A DNA stretch of 64,000 nt, from assembly GCA_050949565.1 (NCBI GenBank), contig JBMNFY010000002.1, positions 1 through 64,000 on the forward strand, read 5' to 3'. Shown piece after piece: positions 39,854 to 52,400 of this stretch; positions within the stretch are counted from its first letter, which is position 1, and each line of letters begins with the position of its first letter. The notes beneath the pieces are model-generated. The model did no database searches. It saw only the letters and a list, made by a program, of their open reading frames with translations, and had not been told where the DNA came from. A program made the translations under genes and the position numbers. The DNA is from Kiritimatiellia bacterium. Lineage in GTDB: Bacteria > Verrucomicrobiota > Kiritimatiellia > RFP12 > UBA1067.

Positions 39854-42800
39854 ATGCAAAGGGTAGCTATGAGTGACTGTTCAGAGCGCTGGCGAACCTT
39901 GCCGGGTACGAAGGCGGTGCCGCACGTTCGGGTGCGCGCCTTGGCGTGCCTTTCCCTGATGGTCTGCACGGCGTGCCCGCTGCTCGGCCAAGTCGTGATC
40001 AACGAGATATCGGCGGCCAACTCCGACCGGCAGTTGAGACGGACGGGGGACGGCTATCCCGTATTGGGGACCACGCCCTCTTGGTATGCGGATGCGTTTG
40101 ACGACAGCCACTGGAAGGAGTCGAAAGGCCCGTTCGGATTCGGCGCGTTCAGCGGCGTCAGCTTCGGCCTGAATGTGTCGGGTCTGATGCAGGGCAGGGT
40201 GCCCTCGCTCTATGTGCGCAAGTCCTTTCCCGTCACCATCAGTCAGGCGTCCTCGACCGCCCGGCTCGAACTAGTGACGCGCTTTAACGATGGATTCATC
40301 GCTTTTCTGAATGGCGTGGAGGTGGCCCGGCGCAACATGGGTAATCCCGGCATGTACGCCTACCGCGACCAGACCGCGTTCAACACCGGTCCCTCCGATG
40401 CACCGGCCACGGTCATTGATCTGGGGGCCGCCAACACGCGCCTGCGCGCCGGCACGAACCGGCTTTGCATCCAGACTCACAACAAATCCGTGACCAGCGG
40501 CGACTTTCTCTCTCTGGCGGATCTGCGCATCTCCGGCTCGCCGGCCGTCACCCTCGTCGCGAACACGGACGTCTGGCGTTACTTCGCAGGCGTGGCCGAG
40601 CCCTCGGGTGGACTCATCGATTACGGCATCATCGACGGAGTGCCGCAGACGGCGACGTGGGCGATGCTGGAGTACAATGATTCCTCGTGGCCTGAAGCCT
40701 ACGGTGCCTTTGGTTATGAGCGTTCAGGCGGTTTGGTGCTCGGCACAAACCTGTTGAGCGAGATGTACGGCATTACGCCCTCGCTCTATGTTCGTACCCT
40801 GTTCACCGCTACACCGGCTGAGGCCGCCTCCAGCGAGCCGCTCCGGCTCACGCTCGACTACGACGACGCCATCATCGTCTATCTCAACGGCCGCGAGATC
40901 GCCCGGAGGAATGTGGGCGTCGTCAACACGATCACCCCCCACTCGGAGTTTGCCCGCTCCAGTCACGGTGCCAGCGAGGATGGCGGCGCTATAGAGGTGG
41001 TGACTCTCGGTCCCGCCAACACTCTGCTGGCCGGTGGTGACAATGTGCTCGCCCTGCAGATCCATAACAACAGCCTGACCAGCTCCGATCTGATCGGACG
41101 CGCCACGCTTGAAACGACCGGCGCGACCCCGCGCACGCTGGCGCGCCCCACAGACCTTGGCCGTTTCTTTGTCGGTACACGCGAGCCGCAAGCTCCGTCC
41201 GGCGATGAGGAGGACGAGACCGATATCGAGGAGGACGCGCCTGATTCGGAGAGCGACTGGATTGAGTTGTACAACACCAGCGGCGAGCCGGTCAACCTGA
41301 CCGGCTGGTCGCTGACCGACGATGCCGACAAGCCGCGCAAATGGTATTTCCCGGCCGGCAGCAGCATCCCGGCCGGCGGCTATCTGGTTGTAATGGCCAC
41401 CGGGTTCAACATCGGGCCAGCCGATGGCGCGACCTACCTGCACACCAACTTCAAACTCAGCAAGGCTGGCGAGTATGTCGGCCTGGTGGATGCCAACGGC
41501 GCGGTGGTCAGCGCGATCGCGCCGGCGTATCCCCGCCAACTTGCATTCTACGTGTACGCCCGAAACCCCTTCGGCTCGTATGTGTACTGCGATACCGCCA
41601 CACCCGGCGCTGCGAATGCGGGCACGGCTTTTTCTGCCATCACTCCGCCGCCGGTCTTCAGTCACTTGGGCGGATTTCACGCCGCCTCGTTCCCGTTGCA
41701 ACTCGCCTCGCCCGATCCGGCGGCCGTCATCCGCTATACCACCGACGGACGGGTTCCCAGCGAGACGGCCGGTACCGTCTACAGCGCGCCGATCACGCTG
41801 ACAGCCGCGACCACTGTGCGCGCCCGCTGCTTCAAGAACGGCGAGATCCCGTCCGACACCGTCACGCACACATTCCTTATTGCGCAGTCTGCGGCACGTC
41901 AGACTTTGCCGGCGCTCTGCTTCTCCGGTGATCCTGAACTGACCTTCTACGGCCCGAACGCCAGCGGCGGTCCTGTCAATGGTGAGGGGATCTTGTCTAT
42001 CAAGGGCGGCGGCTACGTGAGATGATAAATGGGACAACCAGGGTGACATGAGCGCCTTCAACATGCCGCTACAGAACGGCCGGCACTCCGAACGCCCGGC
42101 CGGCTTCGAGTACTACCCGCTCAGCGGCGTGGCGTTGCGCACCGAGGTCGGGCTGCGTCTCTCCGGCAGCAACCATGCCCGCCCGCGCTACCGAGTTGTC
42201 TTCCGCCCCTTCGGCCAGTTTTTCAGCCACCGACTACAAAAGAAAGCCCTCGTTCAACTACTACTTCCGCAACGAGCTGGGCGAGTCGCCCCAGAACTAT
42301 GCCTTCTTCCCGGAGAGCCCCGTGACGCTGTTCGAGGACATGCGCCTACGCGCCGGAAAAAACGACATCTCCAATCCGTTCATCAAGGACGAGCTGATGC
42401 GGCGCATCTTCATCGGAACCGGCCAAAAGGGCTCGCGCGGCACCTTTGTCTCGCTCTACATCAACGGCGTGTGGAAGGGTTACTACAACCTCTGCGAACA
42501 TCTGCGTGAAGCCTTCATGCAACAGCAACATGGCAGCGCCGCACTCTGGGATGTGGTGCAGGTGGGATCCTTCGCCAGCGGTGACGCGATTCATTGGAAC
42601 AGCACCCTCGCTTTTCTGCGCACCAGCGATCTGACGGTGCCCGCCAACTACGCCATGGCTCAAGAGCGCGTCGATGTCGACAACATCGCCGACTATGTGA
42701 TGGTAAACGCTTACGCCGCGATGTGGGACTGGCCCAACAACAACTGGGTGGCGGCGCGCGAGCGTTCTCCGCAAGGCCGTTGGCGTTTCTACATGTGGGA

Positions 42801-45366
42801 CGCCGAGGGCGGTTTCGGTTCCGACAACCGCAATCCTGCCACCTACGACAGTTTCATCGGCGACCGCGATGGTGACGGCGTCGGTGGTGATTCGAACACC
42901 GTGCGTATTGACATCGGCGATGCTGCCGCAACGGCATCCAACGCGCCGAAGGATGTCCGTACCTTCTACACGCGACTGCGCTCGTCGCCCGAGTTCCGTC
43001 TGCGCTTCGCCGACCGTGCGCAGAAACACCTTTTCCACGGCGGCTGCCTCACGCGCGAGAGCATGCAGGCGACTTACACGATGCTGCGTGACTTAATCAA
43101 TCCGATCATGCGTGAGACCATAGGGTCTTACATGAATGAGTCGTTTTACAACGCTTGGATCGCCTCCGATACACGCCGCAACGTTTTCTTCGCCCAACTC
43201 GTGCGGTACGGACTTTGGCCCGCCACCCGTGCGCCGGAGTTCAGTCAGCACGGCGGCGAGGTCTCCACCAACACCTGGGTCACGATCTCGAACCCCAACA
43301 GCGGTGGCACGGTGTATTGGACGACCAACGGTGTCGATCCCCGCGCCTTGGGTGGCGCAGCGGTCGGTATGCCTTACGTCGGCTCCATACAGTTCGCGGC
43401 CACCGCCATGCTCAAGGCGCGTGTGCTGAGCGCGGGCGGCGAGTGGAGTCCGCTGCAGGAGGCACTCTTCACCGTGCCGCTGCGCATGCCGTTTTTCCTG
43501 CCATCGGGCAATGCCGACTGGACGGTCGACGGCAACTGGAGCACATCCCCGCAGCCTTACCCTGACGGCATCGGGGCCGAGGCCTTGATCCCGGCACCCT
43601 CGACCGCCAGTCGCGAAGCCAACCTGAGGTCACCGGTCACCATCGGTGGTCTGACTCTTGAACTGGGCGATTCGCCGTACCGTAACAAGATCAGCGATAG
43701 CGGCACCACCAACGTGCTGACCTTTATGACCACCAACGACGCTGCCCGCCTTACCGTCACCGGCAATGGCGACGGATATGGCGAATTGGAGATTACCGCC
43801 GGTGTGGTGCTGAGCACCAACCTGACGGTCACGGTCGCCGCGCCGACCGGCAATGCTTCTTACGGCGCTCTGCGCTTAAAAGAGGCGTGGAGCGGGCCCG
43901 GCGGCGTAACGAAAGAGGGTGTCGGGCGGGCCGCTTTCACCGGCGAGGGCAAAACCTATACCGGCCCCACCGTGGTGAATCAAGGCGCGCTGCAAATCAC
44001 CGCAAACGCCACGCCAACGCGGAGCGTGATGACGGTTAATCCCGGCGGTCAGCTTCGTCTTGTCTCGGCCAGTACCGGCGGCCAGCCGCGCACCTACAAT
44101 TTCGGCGGCGACCTCACGCTCAACAGCCGCGGTCGCGACGACAGCCTGCCCGCTGTCGCTGGCCTCGGCATCGAGGGCGGTCTGAGGTTTGAGCCGGAGT
44201 CGAACGACAGCGCGGCACTGATCACTAACCGTCTCGTGTTTGCCGGTCCCTCGGTACTGCACGTCGAGAACGCCCGCAACACGCTGCACCTCACCGGCAC
44301 CCTGCTCGGTGCGCACAGCTTCGTCAAGACCGGTGGCGGCAACCTGATCCTCTACGCCAACAACCACGACTACTATCAGCCCGCATGCGTCAGCAACGGG
44401 ACGCTGACCGTGCATGGGCGGCTCATCTCGCCGTTGGAGATCGTCGCGGGCGCGACCCTCACGGGCGTGGGCCGCGTGGGGCCAGTGCGTGGCACCGGAA
44501 CCGTCGCGCTGGACAAAACCATCTTGACCGCGCCCGCCGCGATCGGCCTCAATTACGCATTTGTGTTCAGCGCCGCTACGCCCACGTACTGTCAGGCGAC
44601 AACCAGCGGCAACGCCGTGCTGCGGCTGCTCTCGATCCGTCCGGGCGGCGCACCGCCGGTTATCGACATCTATCTCGACATGCCGCCGCTCGCGGTCGGC
44701 GATACTTTGCGCGGCGGCTTCTTCGTCGAGTGCGGTCAAGACCTGAGCAGTTTCTTGGCCAATGCGACCGTGCGCTTCTTCGAGCCCAACGACGGTGGCG
44801 ACATTCAGTTTGCGGGCCGCTTTTACGCGCCGTACAGCGGTGCGCTGGGCCTGACCGTTACCGCCATGCCCGAGGCAGCCGACTTTGGTGACGGTCCGCG
44901 CCAGGGGTTGGTCATGGAAGTGCGCGCTGACGGTCTGCCGGTGACCTATGGGGAGTGGTTGCTGCGGACCTTCCCCGCGCCCGCTGGCGACCCCGATGCT
45001 CAGGCGCTTACAGCCCCTTCGGCGGTTGCGGTGCCCGGCGCGGCGCCTAACCTTTGGTGCTACGCCTTTAACATTGTTGCTGGTGAGCCTGCCGCCCCAA
45101 GCCTGCCGCGATTCTCCCTGCAGGACGGGCGTCCGCTCTATCAGTTCCGCTTCGATCCCGGCAAACGCGACCTCCGGTATCTTGTTGAAACATCAGCCTC
45201 GTTGACCGGCGCATGGACGCGCGTACTCTTCGACTCCGCCAGCGATTCCCCGTTGACTTGGCAATGGGATGGCACCTCGCTCTATCTGCTCGACACCGCC
45301 AGCGGCCCAAGCGTGGAGCCCACGCGCTTCTACCGGCTGCGCCTTGAGTTGACCGAACCATACTGA
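39854..45366 (+). CDS. Giant secreted protein: lamin-tail, FN3-associated, CotH kinase and autotransporter-type beta-strand repeats; two +1 frameshifts (about 42020 and 42192)
   Basis: VVINEI.A.N, DWIELYN, NFKL..GE, IRYTTDG..P, DWPNNNW, WDAE, TK.G.G and TYTGPTVV; C-terminal RFYRL. Fragments are 39854-42025, 42021-42192 and 42175-45366. Confidence 0.8.
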
Positions 45367-45439
45367 CCCGACCATAAATAGCATTGCACTTCTTGGTAAC
45401 GCAGAGACGCAGAGATTTTTACGGCGTAGCGGCATGACC

Positions 45440-45670
45440 GCAAGTCTGGCGAGAAAACTTGTGCGGCGGCAAGCGGTATTCCGCGCGACGCCGCTTTTAA
45501 AGTACGAGTGTGGTGGCAAAACGACGTGCAAAAGCGGTGCCGCGACCCGCGCACAGCGCGGCTCTTGTCTCCAAATTTTGCACACTTACTTGAGCGTTGA
45601 AAGTTGAGCGTTTTCTGAAACCGCCAAGGTGCCCCCGTTTTTCATGAAGTTTCATGTGTTTCATGGTTCC
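45440..45670. repeat. Intergenic REP and short-repeat mosaic
   Basis: gtgcggcggcaagc..gacgccgctttt / aaaagcggtgcc..ctccaaa, ttgagcg heptamers and ttcatgaagtttcatg. Confidence 0.65.
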
Positions 45671-45721
45671 ACTTGAACGCTGTGGTCGCTGTCCAGAGTT
45701 GCAGCATAATTTGTGGCCGGG

Positions 45722-46264
45722 TTAGCAATCAGGGCTGCTGGTCAGATCGTACCAGTTCGGGTCGCGCGCTGGACCGCGCAGCCGACGCAACCAATTGCGG
45801 GCGGGAGCCGCTCCGTCTTGTGCGTCCCCGTCTTCGAAGGGATTGTCCGTGTCGAAGACTTCGCTGAACTCCTCGTCGATCCGCTCGGGGTCTTCGCCGG
45901 CCTCGATCCGCGCCATGGCTTCGCGGACCTCCGCGTTGAAGCGCAGTCCGCCCGCCTCCGCCAGTTCACGCATGACGCGCACGGCGTCGCGCGGGTCGGC
46001 GTCGTCGTTCTCCAGAGCTTGCAGACGATCTCCCAGACGCGCGGCCGCCTGTTCCAGCCGGTCAGCCATCACGTCGTCGGTGTTTGCGTTGTCAGGGTTG
46101 GCGGCTTCTGACGCGCCGCGTGTGATGTGGGCGAATGTCGAGATCTCGCGCTTGAGGCGATGCCCGCACTTCGGGCAAGTCGGCACGGTCGAGGTGTCGA
46201 CCCGTGCCGCGCGGAACGTGAAGATCGTGTGGCAGGGTTCACAGTAAAATTCATACAAGGGCAT
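45722..46264 (-). CDS. FmdB family zinc-ribbon protein
   Basis: MPLYEFYCEPC..CPKCG..L.R.IS signature. Confidence 0.88.
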   Translation of the reverse strand: MPLYEFYCEPCHTIFTFRAARVDTSTVPTCPKCGHRLKREISTFAHITRGASEAANPDNANTDDVMADRLEQAAARLGDRLQALENDDADPRDAVRVMRELAEAGGLRFNAEVREAMARIEAGEDPERIDEEFSEVFDTDNPFEDGDAQDGAAPARNWLRRLRGPARDPNWYDLTSSPDC

Positions 46265-46281
46265 AACGTCTTTTTCCTCTT

Positions 46282-48904
46282 TCAGGCACTCTTCCCGCTG
46301 AGCACCTCGCGCACTTTGGTATTGAGTTGATCGCGGGTGAATGGCTTTTGCAGGAAAGGTGCGTCTGCGGGCAGGACACCCTGTTGCGCAGTGATGTTTG
46401 CGGCATAGCCGGACATGAAGATGCGCTTCATGGTTGGGCGTTCACGGAGCAACGTCTCGCATAGGACCGCGCCGTTCATGGTCGGCATCACCAGATCGGT
46501 CAGCAGTAGCGCGATCTCCCCCTTGAAATCACGGGCCAGCCGCAGCGCTTCGGTCGGGTGCTCGGCGGCGAGGACCGTGTATCCCATGCTGGTGAGGAGT
46601 CGCGCGGTCAGATTTAACAGGGTCGGCTCGTCTTCTGCAAGCAAGATCGTAGCTCCCTCCTGCTTGGCAGCGGGTATCGCAACGGTGGGTGGCTTTCGCT
46701 GTCGGGCGTGACCGTCGGCGCCAATTGGCCGTGCCGGGGCAGATAGATGGAAAAGCAGGTGCCTTGATTGGGCTGGCTGGTGACCCGGATGAAACCGCAG
46801 TTTTGTTTGACGATGCCATAAATGATCGCCACGCCCATGCCCATGTCCGGGGCGCTTGACTTGGTTGAAAAGAAGGGATCAAAAATCTTAGCTTGGGTTT
46901 CGTCATCCATACCGCAACCGGTGTCGCGGAACGAGAGGCATACGTAGTCGCCGGGGGGGACGATGTCGGCGGTCTCGTCGGCCGTACCATCGAGGTGCAT
47001 GTTTTCGAGCGTCACGGTGACGGTTCCCTCGCCGGATATGGCATCACGTGCGTTTTCAACCAGATTAACCAAGACTTGGGTCATCTGACCGGGATCCATC
47101 ATGACCGGCCACGGCGGTGTGTCCATCTGAATCCTCAAGTGGATGCGCGACCCCAACATCTGGTTCATGGTTTCGGTGAGTCTGTTGATGGTTTCATCGA
47201 GTTGGATGGCACGCGGCAGCGAGATCTGCCTGGCGGCGAACCCCAACAGGCGGTTGACGAGGTCGGCGGCACGGTGGCTGGCCTGTAGGATTGCTTCAAT
47301 CGATTTTTGGTGATCTTCGGTGGTTTTCACGGAATCTTGCAACCACTCCGCATTGCCGATGATGACAGTAAGCGCATTGTTGAAATCGTGGGCCACACCG
47401 CCCGCCATTCTGCCAAGGGCCTCAAGTCGTTGGGTCTGGTGAGCCTGCGCCATGAGTTCGGTTTCCCGTTCGGCTGCCAGTCGGCGTGCGGTGATGTCAT
47501 GAATCACGCCCTCCAGCCGATGCGTCTTGTCCGCGCTATCGCTTATCGCCGAGCCGCTCTCCCACACCCATTTCACGCTACCGTCCACAGTGACGATTCG
47601 GTATTCTACAGCGTATGGTGTGTTGTGCTTGACTTGTGCGCTGATATGGCGTCCCACACCTTTTGGCGGTCGTCGGGATGGATCACGTCATAGTAGGAGA
47701 GCTTGCTGTTATCGAGCAGAGCTTCCGCGTCGTATCCAGTGAGCGCCCGGCAGTTCGCGGAGAGATACTGCATGGTTCGATATGAATCCGTGCCGCAACG
47801 GAAAACGATACCCGGCACATGCGAGATCAAGGCTTTGAGGCGGCTTTCGCTGTCGGCCAGTACTTTCTGCGCGGCGCGTTCGCTGGCTAGGTATTTGGCA
47901 TTGGCGACGGCCTGCTCCCGCTGCGCGTGGTATAGCGAACGATAGAGCGAGGCTTGGCGGTGGCGGAAACACAGGGCGGTAATGGCCGCCGTCAGCAGGA
48001 TCCCCAGCAGGATTATGCTAGCAAAGATCAACGCATGTTCGCGAACGGCACCCAGCAGCTCTGCCTCATCGCCTTTGGTAACCAAGAACCAATCGGAATC
48101 GGGGATGGGACGCAGGTCGGCCACGACCTGAACTCCCCGACAGTCAGTTCCCGTGTAGATGCCTTGGCGTCCCAAGATCGCCCGCATGGTCGGCAGTTGG
48201 CGTTCCGGCAACGGACGTTTCAGCGACATGGCTTGGTTATCCTGATGGCGCAGGCAACTTAAGTGAGCCATCTGGTCACCGTCGCGGCGGACGAGCACGG
48301 ATTCGACACTCGCACTTGAGCCGGGATACGCCTGGAGGAGCGGATAGAGGCGTTTTGACGCATTGCATTGCAGAACCAAGGCGCACGCTTCTTGCTCCGC
48401 GTTCGAGACGGCCATCACGGCGTCGATGTACGCCAAACCGAGTGCGTTCGTGTAAAAGTCCGAAAGAACCGGTTGGCGCGAAGCGAGAGCTTCGGCGACG
48501 GCACGCGTTGTCTCGGCGGGCAGGTGTTGCAGCGGATCGAGCGCGGCTCCCAAGACTTTTCCATTCGAGGTCACCAGCAGCACATCTTCATAGATGCCGC
48601 CTTTGCGGTTGACCGAAAGCATCAAGTGTAGATCCGCAGAATTCTTCCCCTCGATCGCCCGGATCAGCGTCGGGCCGCGCGCGAAACGGGCGACATCGGT
48701 CAGGCGTTCACGTCGCCACGCCGCGATCTCCGCCGTCTTCAAGGCACCGGCAGAAGTCAGCTCCTTGGCCCGGCACTTCAGCATCTGCGCGCGGTCGGCC
48801 TGGTAGGCCAATAGACCAAGTGCTGCCATGGCACTTGTGGCCAGAACGAATCCCGCGGCCCAAACGAGCAAACGCCTACGCGAAACGGCCGATACCTCTT
48901 CCAT
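46282..48904 (-). CDS. Hybrid sensor histidine kinase/response regulator (Cache-PAS-HisKA-HATPase-REC) with frameshifts at about 47645 and 46695
   Basis: TM-sensor-TM, PAS, AGGVAHDFNN, NARDA, DTGCGM, FDPFFSTK, LLAEDE..TDLVMP..QKPF across three overlapping ORFs; GAGG RBS before ATG 48904. Confidence 0.88.
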
Positions 48905-49162
48905 AAAAGACCTCGCTTCCCACACCCCATCGGTCCCGACACACTCAACGTGCCGCACTGCGACGGAAAACCACGTGTAGCATAAACATACCAGCAGGAA
49001 GCATCAACAGGAATGTTCGTGCGCTAATGAAATAATGAATAATCGTGGGTAAGTAGAAGAATCAGAGGTTGGCGAGGATGATAAAAACGGCCATTCTCAA
49101 GCCCCCGCGAAGCACAATGTCAGTTTCATGCGTATCGTGGCGCGACACCACATCAAAACCGG

Positions 49163-49191
49163 TTGCGGTCATGGCCTGAAAAGGGTATGAT
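49163..49191 (+). promoter_or_regulatory. Putative sigma70 promoter for the 49.3-54.5 kb unit
   Basis: TTGCGG-17-TATGAT. Confidence 0.45.
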
Positions 49192-49335
49192 CCGAGGCAG
49201 ATCGTTCGCGGTGAACGTTCAGCCTGAGCAATGAACGCATGAGATAGAAAAGACCCCTCGACACGCTGATTTTTGCGCTTTCGCACGGAGCGGGATTCGC
49301 GCCTTTTCCGTGCAAGAGGGGGAGGGGTTCTGTCA

Positions 49336-49479
49336 ATGAAAGGTTTTGCCACATTCCGATGCGCCGCCGTTTTTCTGGCGGCCGCCGCTGCCGCCCTCCT
49401 GGTGTCCGGCGCGGACATCGTCAGCACGGCGGTCCCGCCGCCCGTCTCCGCCGACACCGAGAGATGCGTCCACAGATAG
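49336..49479 (+). CDS. Small exported peptide (47 aa)
   Basis: GGAGG RBS; MKGFATFRCAAVFLAAAAAALLVSGA signal-like; stop lies 9 nt before the next gene. Confidence 0.45.
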   Translation: MKGFATFRCAAVFLAAAAAALLVSGADIVSTAVPPPVSADTERCVHR

Positions 49480-49488
49480 GGGGATGCC

Positions 49489-52400
49489 GTGGACGCCATC
49501 AATTTTCTCTCTCTCCTGAACGAAGAGGCGCTGCTCCGCGCGCGGCATCTCCTCGTCTGCGCGTGCTGCCTGTTCCTGGCCGCGGCCGCGCTCCTGCCCG
49601 CCGCGTGCGGCGCGCTCCGGTATCTCCTCGCGGAGGCCCGGCGCTTCCGCGACTGGGTCAGGCGCACCCCCCTGCTCGTCGTCCTGGCCGTGCTCCTTGC
49701 GTTCGCGGAGGCTGTCCGCTACGGAGGCTCGAAGGCCGAGCCGCCTTCGCCGCCCGCCCAGGGCCAGTCGTCCTCGTCATCCACGCAAGGCCAGCCGCCC
49801 GCGTCATCCGCCCAGGGCCAAGCGTCCGCGCCGTCCGCCCGGGGCCAGTTGCCCCCGTCGGCCACCCAGGGCGTGCCGCCCGCCTGCCTCATGCCGCCCC
49901 CGGCGGACGGCTTCATCCCGCCGCCGCGCTACACGAACCGCCTGACGCAGGCGCAGTACGACGCGTGCTTCGCGCTCACGCACGCCGCGACCAACGCCGC
50001 CCACGACTTCGCGCCGCCCGCCGGCGCGGCCGTCACCGATTACGTCTCGGGGCACGGCGTCCACGACGACGCCTGGTGGGTGCCCCTGCCGTCCGGCTTC
50101 AACGCGGGCGGCCTCGAGGATTACTCCCGCTTCGTCACCGCCGTGTGCGCCGCGCCGTCGGGCATGCTCCTGCTGGACGGCCTGCCCGACCGGCTCGCGC
50201 CCGCCGCGCCCGCCTTCCCCGATCCCGCCTCCAACCGCGTCCTCTCGGTGCTGCAGACCCCCTCGGGCCTCCTGCCGCCGGAGGGGCGGCTCTGGTCCGC
50301 GGCCGGGACCGGCGGCCTTCACACCGTCACCTGGAACAGCCTGATGCTCGGGCGGCGCGAGGAGGCCAGGGCCGACCTCCAGTGCCGCCTCCACCCGGAC
50401 GGCGATTTCGAATACTTCATCCGCCCCCGGCCCGGCGCGGACCTCTCCGCCGTCACCAACTGGCTCATCGGCGCGGCGGACGCGGGCGGCGGCGAGGCCT
50501 TCGCCTTCGCGGACGGTGCGCCGCTCTCCGCCGCCCTCCCGCCCGGCGGCGCGGCGCTCGCCCTGCGCTGGACCGCCTTCGGACGCCTCGACCCCGCCGC
50601 CCCCGACACCGACGGCGACGGCCTCACCGACTGGGAGGAGCTGATGGTATACCGCACCGACCCGCGCCAGCGGGACACGGACCGCGACGGCCTCAGCGAC
50701 GGCGACGAGGTCCTCAAATACGGCACCGATCCCCTCACCCCCGACAGCCTGGGGGACGGCACCAACGACTTCTGGCGGGTCGTCGGCGCGGTCCAGCTCG
50801 CCTCCGCGCCGCCCCCGTGGATGGAGGGCGGCGCGGGGCTGGCCCTGCTGACGCTGGAGACCCGGCTGGAGGCCTCCGCGGGCGTGGCGGCGCTGCGCAT
50901 CGGCGAGGTCATCGTGCCCGTCGCGCCGGGCACGGCGCAGCTTTCGCGCGTCGCCATCCCCCGGGGCGTGGACGTCCCGTTCGCGCTGGTCCCCGGCCCC
51001 GGGACCTCCGCCGCCGACGCCGCGGTCACGGTGGCCGCGGCCTCCTCCCTCACCGTCGCCGAAGACGCGGACAACGTCTTCCGGGTACCCGCCCCGGCGG
51101 GCGCCCCCGCGCCCGCGGCCGCGCCCCCGGCGCCCGCGCCCGCCTCCCCCCCGCCGGGCAACGCCAAGCACGGCACCATGCACAACTTCAATTACGCGTT
51201 CTCTCCCGTGCCGCTCTGCCCGCACACCGGGCGGGACACGGTGAACGTGGGGATCGTCGGCGCCCGGCCGAAGAGCGTCGCGGCCTTCGGCTTCGGCACC
51301 GCCCCCGACCTCTCCCCGGCGTTCAGCGTGAGCGAGACGTACCTCAGGGGCAAGTTCCCCCATCTGGCGGAGACGCCCGGCATGCACACGGTGCAGGTCC
51401 CCGTCAAGCTGGGGGTCGTCCTGACAAACAACACCGCGAAAGCGTTCGGCGGGAACACCGACACGGTGCCCGCCCACCTCTGCGTGTTCGCGGGCGGGGA
51501 AGAAGGCGATCCCTTCAACGATCCCCCTCCCGGCAAGTGCCCGTGCTGCCCGGAGCCGAACAACTGCCTGTGCCGCTGCGCATCGCCGGGCGTCTGCGCG
51601 TGCCCGACGTGCCTCGACCCCTACCACACGGGCACCCCGACCAACAGCGCGGGACAGGCCGCCGGCACGGTCGACCGCCCCCGCCGGCTCCTGCTGGCGG
51701 GCGGCGCGCCCGACACGGTCACGGCCGCGCCCGCGCCGGGGGCGGGCCTCTCGCCGCTGGACGGCGCCTGCATGCTCTGCGGCTGCACGCAGACCGTCGC
51801 CGGCGGCAGCTCCCCCGTGCCCGCCGTGATCTTCCGCTGCACCCCGAGCCTCTCCGCCGCGCCGCTCGAAGGCTTCGCCGCGACCTCGGGCGTCTTCACC
51901 GTGGCCGGCGCGGCCCCGAGCGCCTCGGCCGGGGCGGACGTCTTCACCTGGCAGGCGGGGCGCTTCTTCAGCCGCGGCCGCTACACGGTCGCCGGGCTGG
52001 GCGTGTGCCTCTCCAACGCCCCGGCGGACGCCCCGCCCCGCGTGCAGGCCGGCCACACCAACATCCTGTCCGTCACGACCCGCGTCCCCGCCGACGGCGG
52101 CGGCACGCTCACGTTCAGCGGGCACACGGAGGCCGCCTCGGCCAGAGTCAAAAACCGCCAGACCGGGCAGTACGAGCCGCTGCAGGACTCCTACGCGGCG
52201 TCCGAGTGGCTGGCCAAATACACCGCCGGGACCAACCGCACCGCCGAGGTGCGCTACGCCGCCGCCCTGACGGGGCAGCGCCTCTTCACGGTCGCCTACG
52301 GACTGCCCGGCGCCCTCCCCGGCAGCGTCTCGACCAACCTCGCGTTCGAGGCGGTCGGCACCCGCGCCGAAACGGTCAACGCCGCGACCGACGCCGACGG

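Noticed and set aside
42017-42028. Selenocysteine or stop read-through at TGA
   Set aside because: TGA is followed by TAA and homology continues in another frame. The TGA near 32690 likewise needs a frame change rather than read-through.
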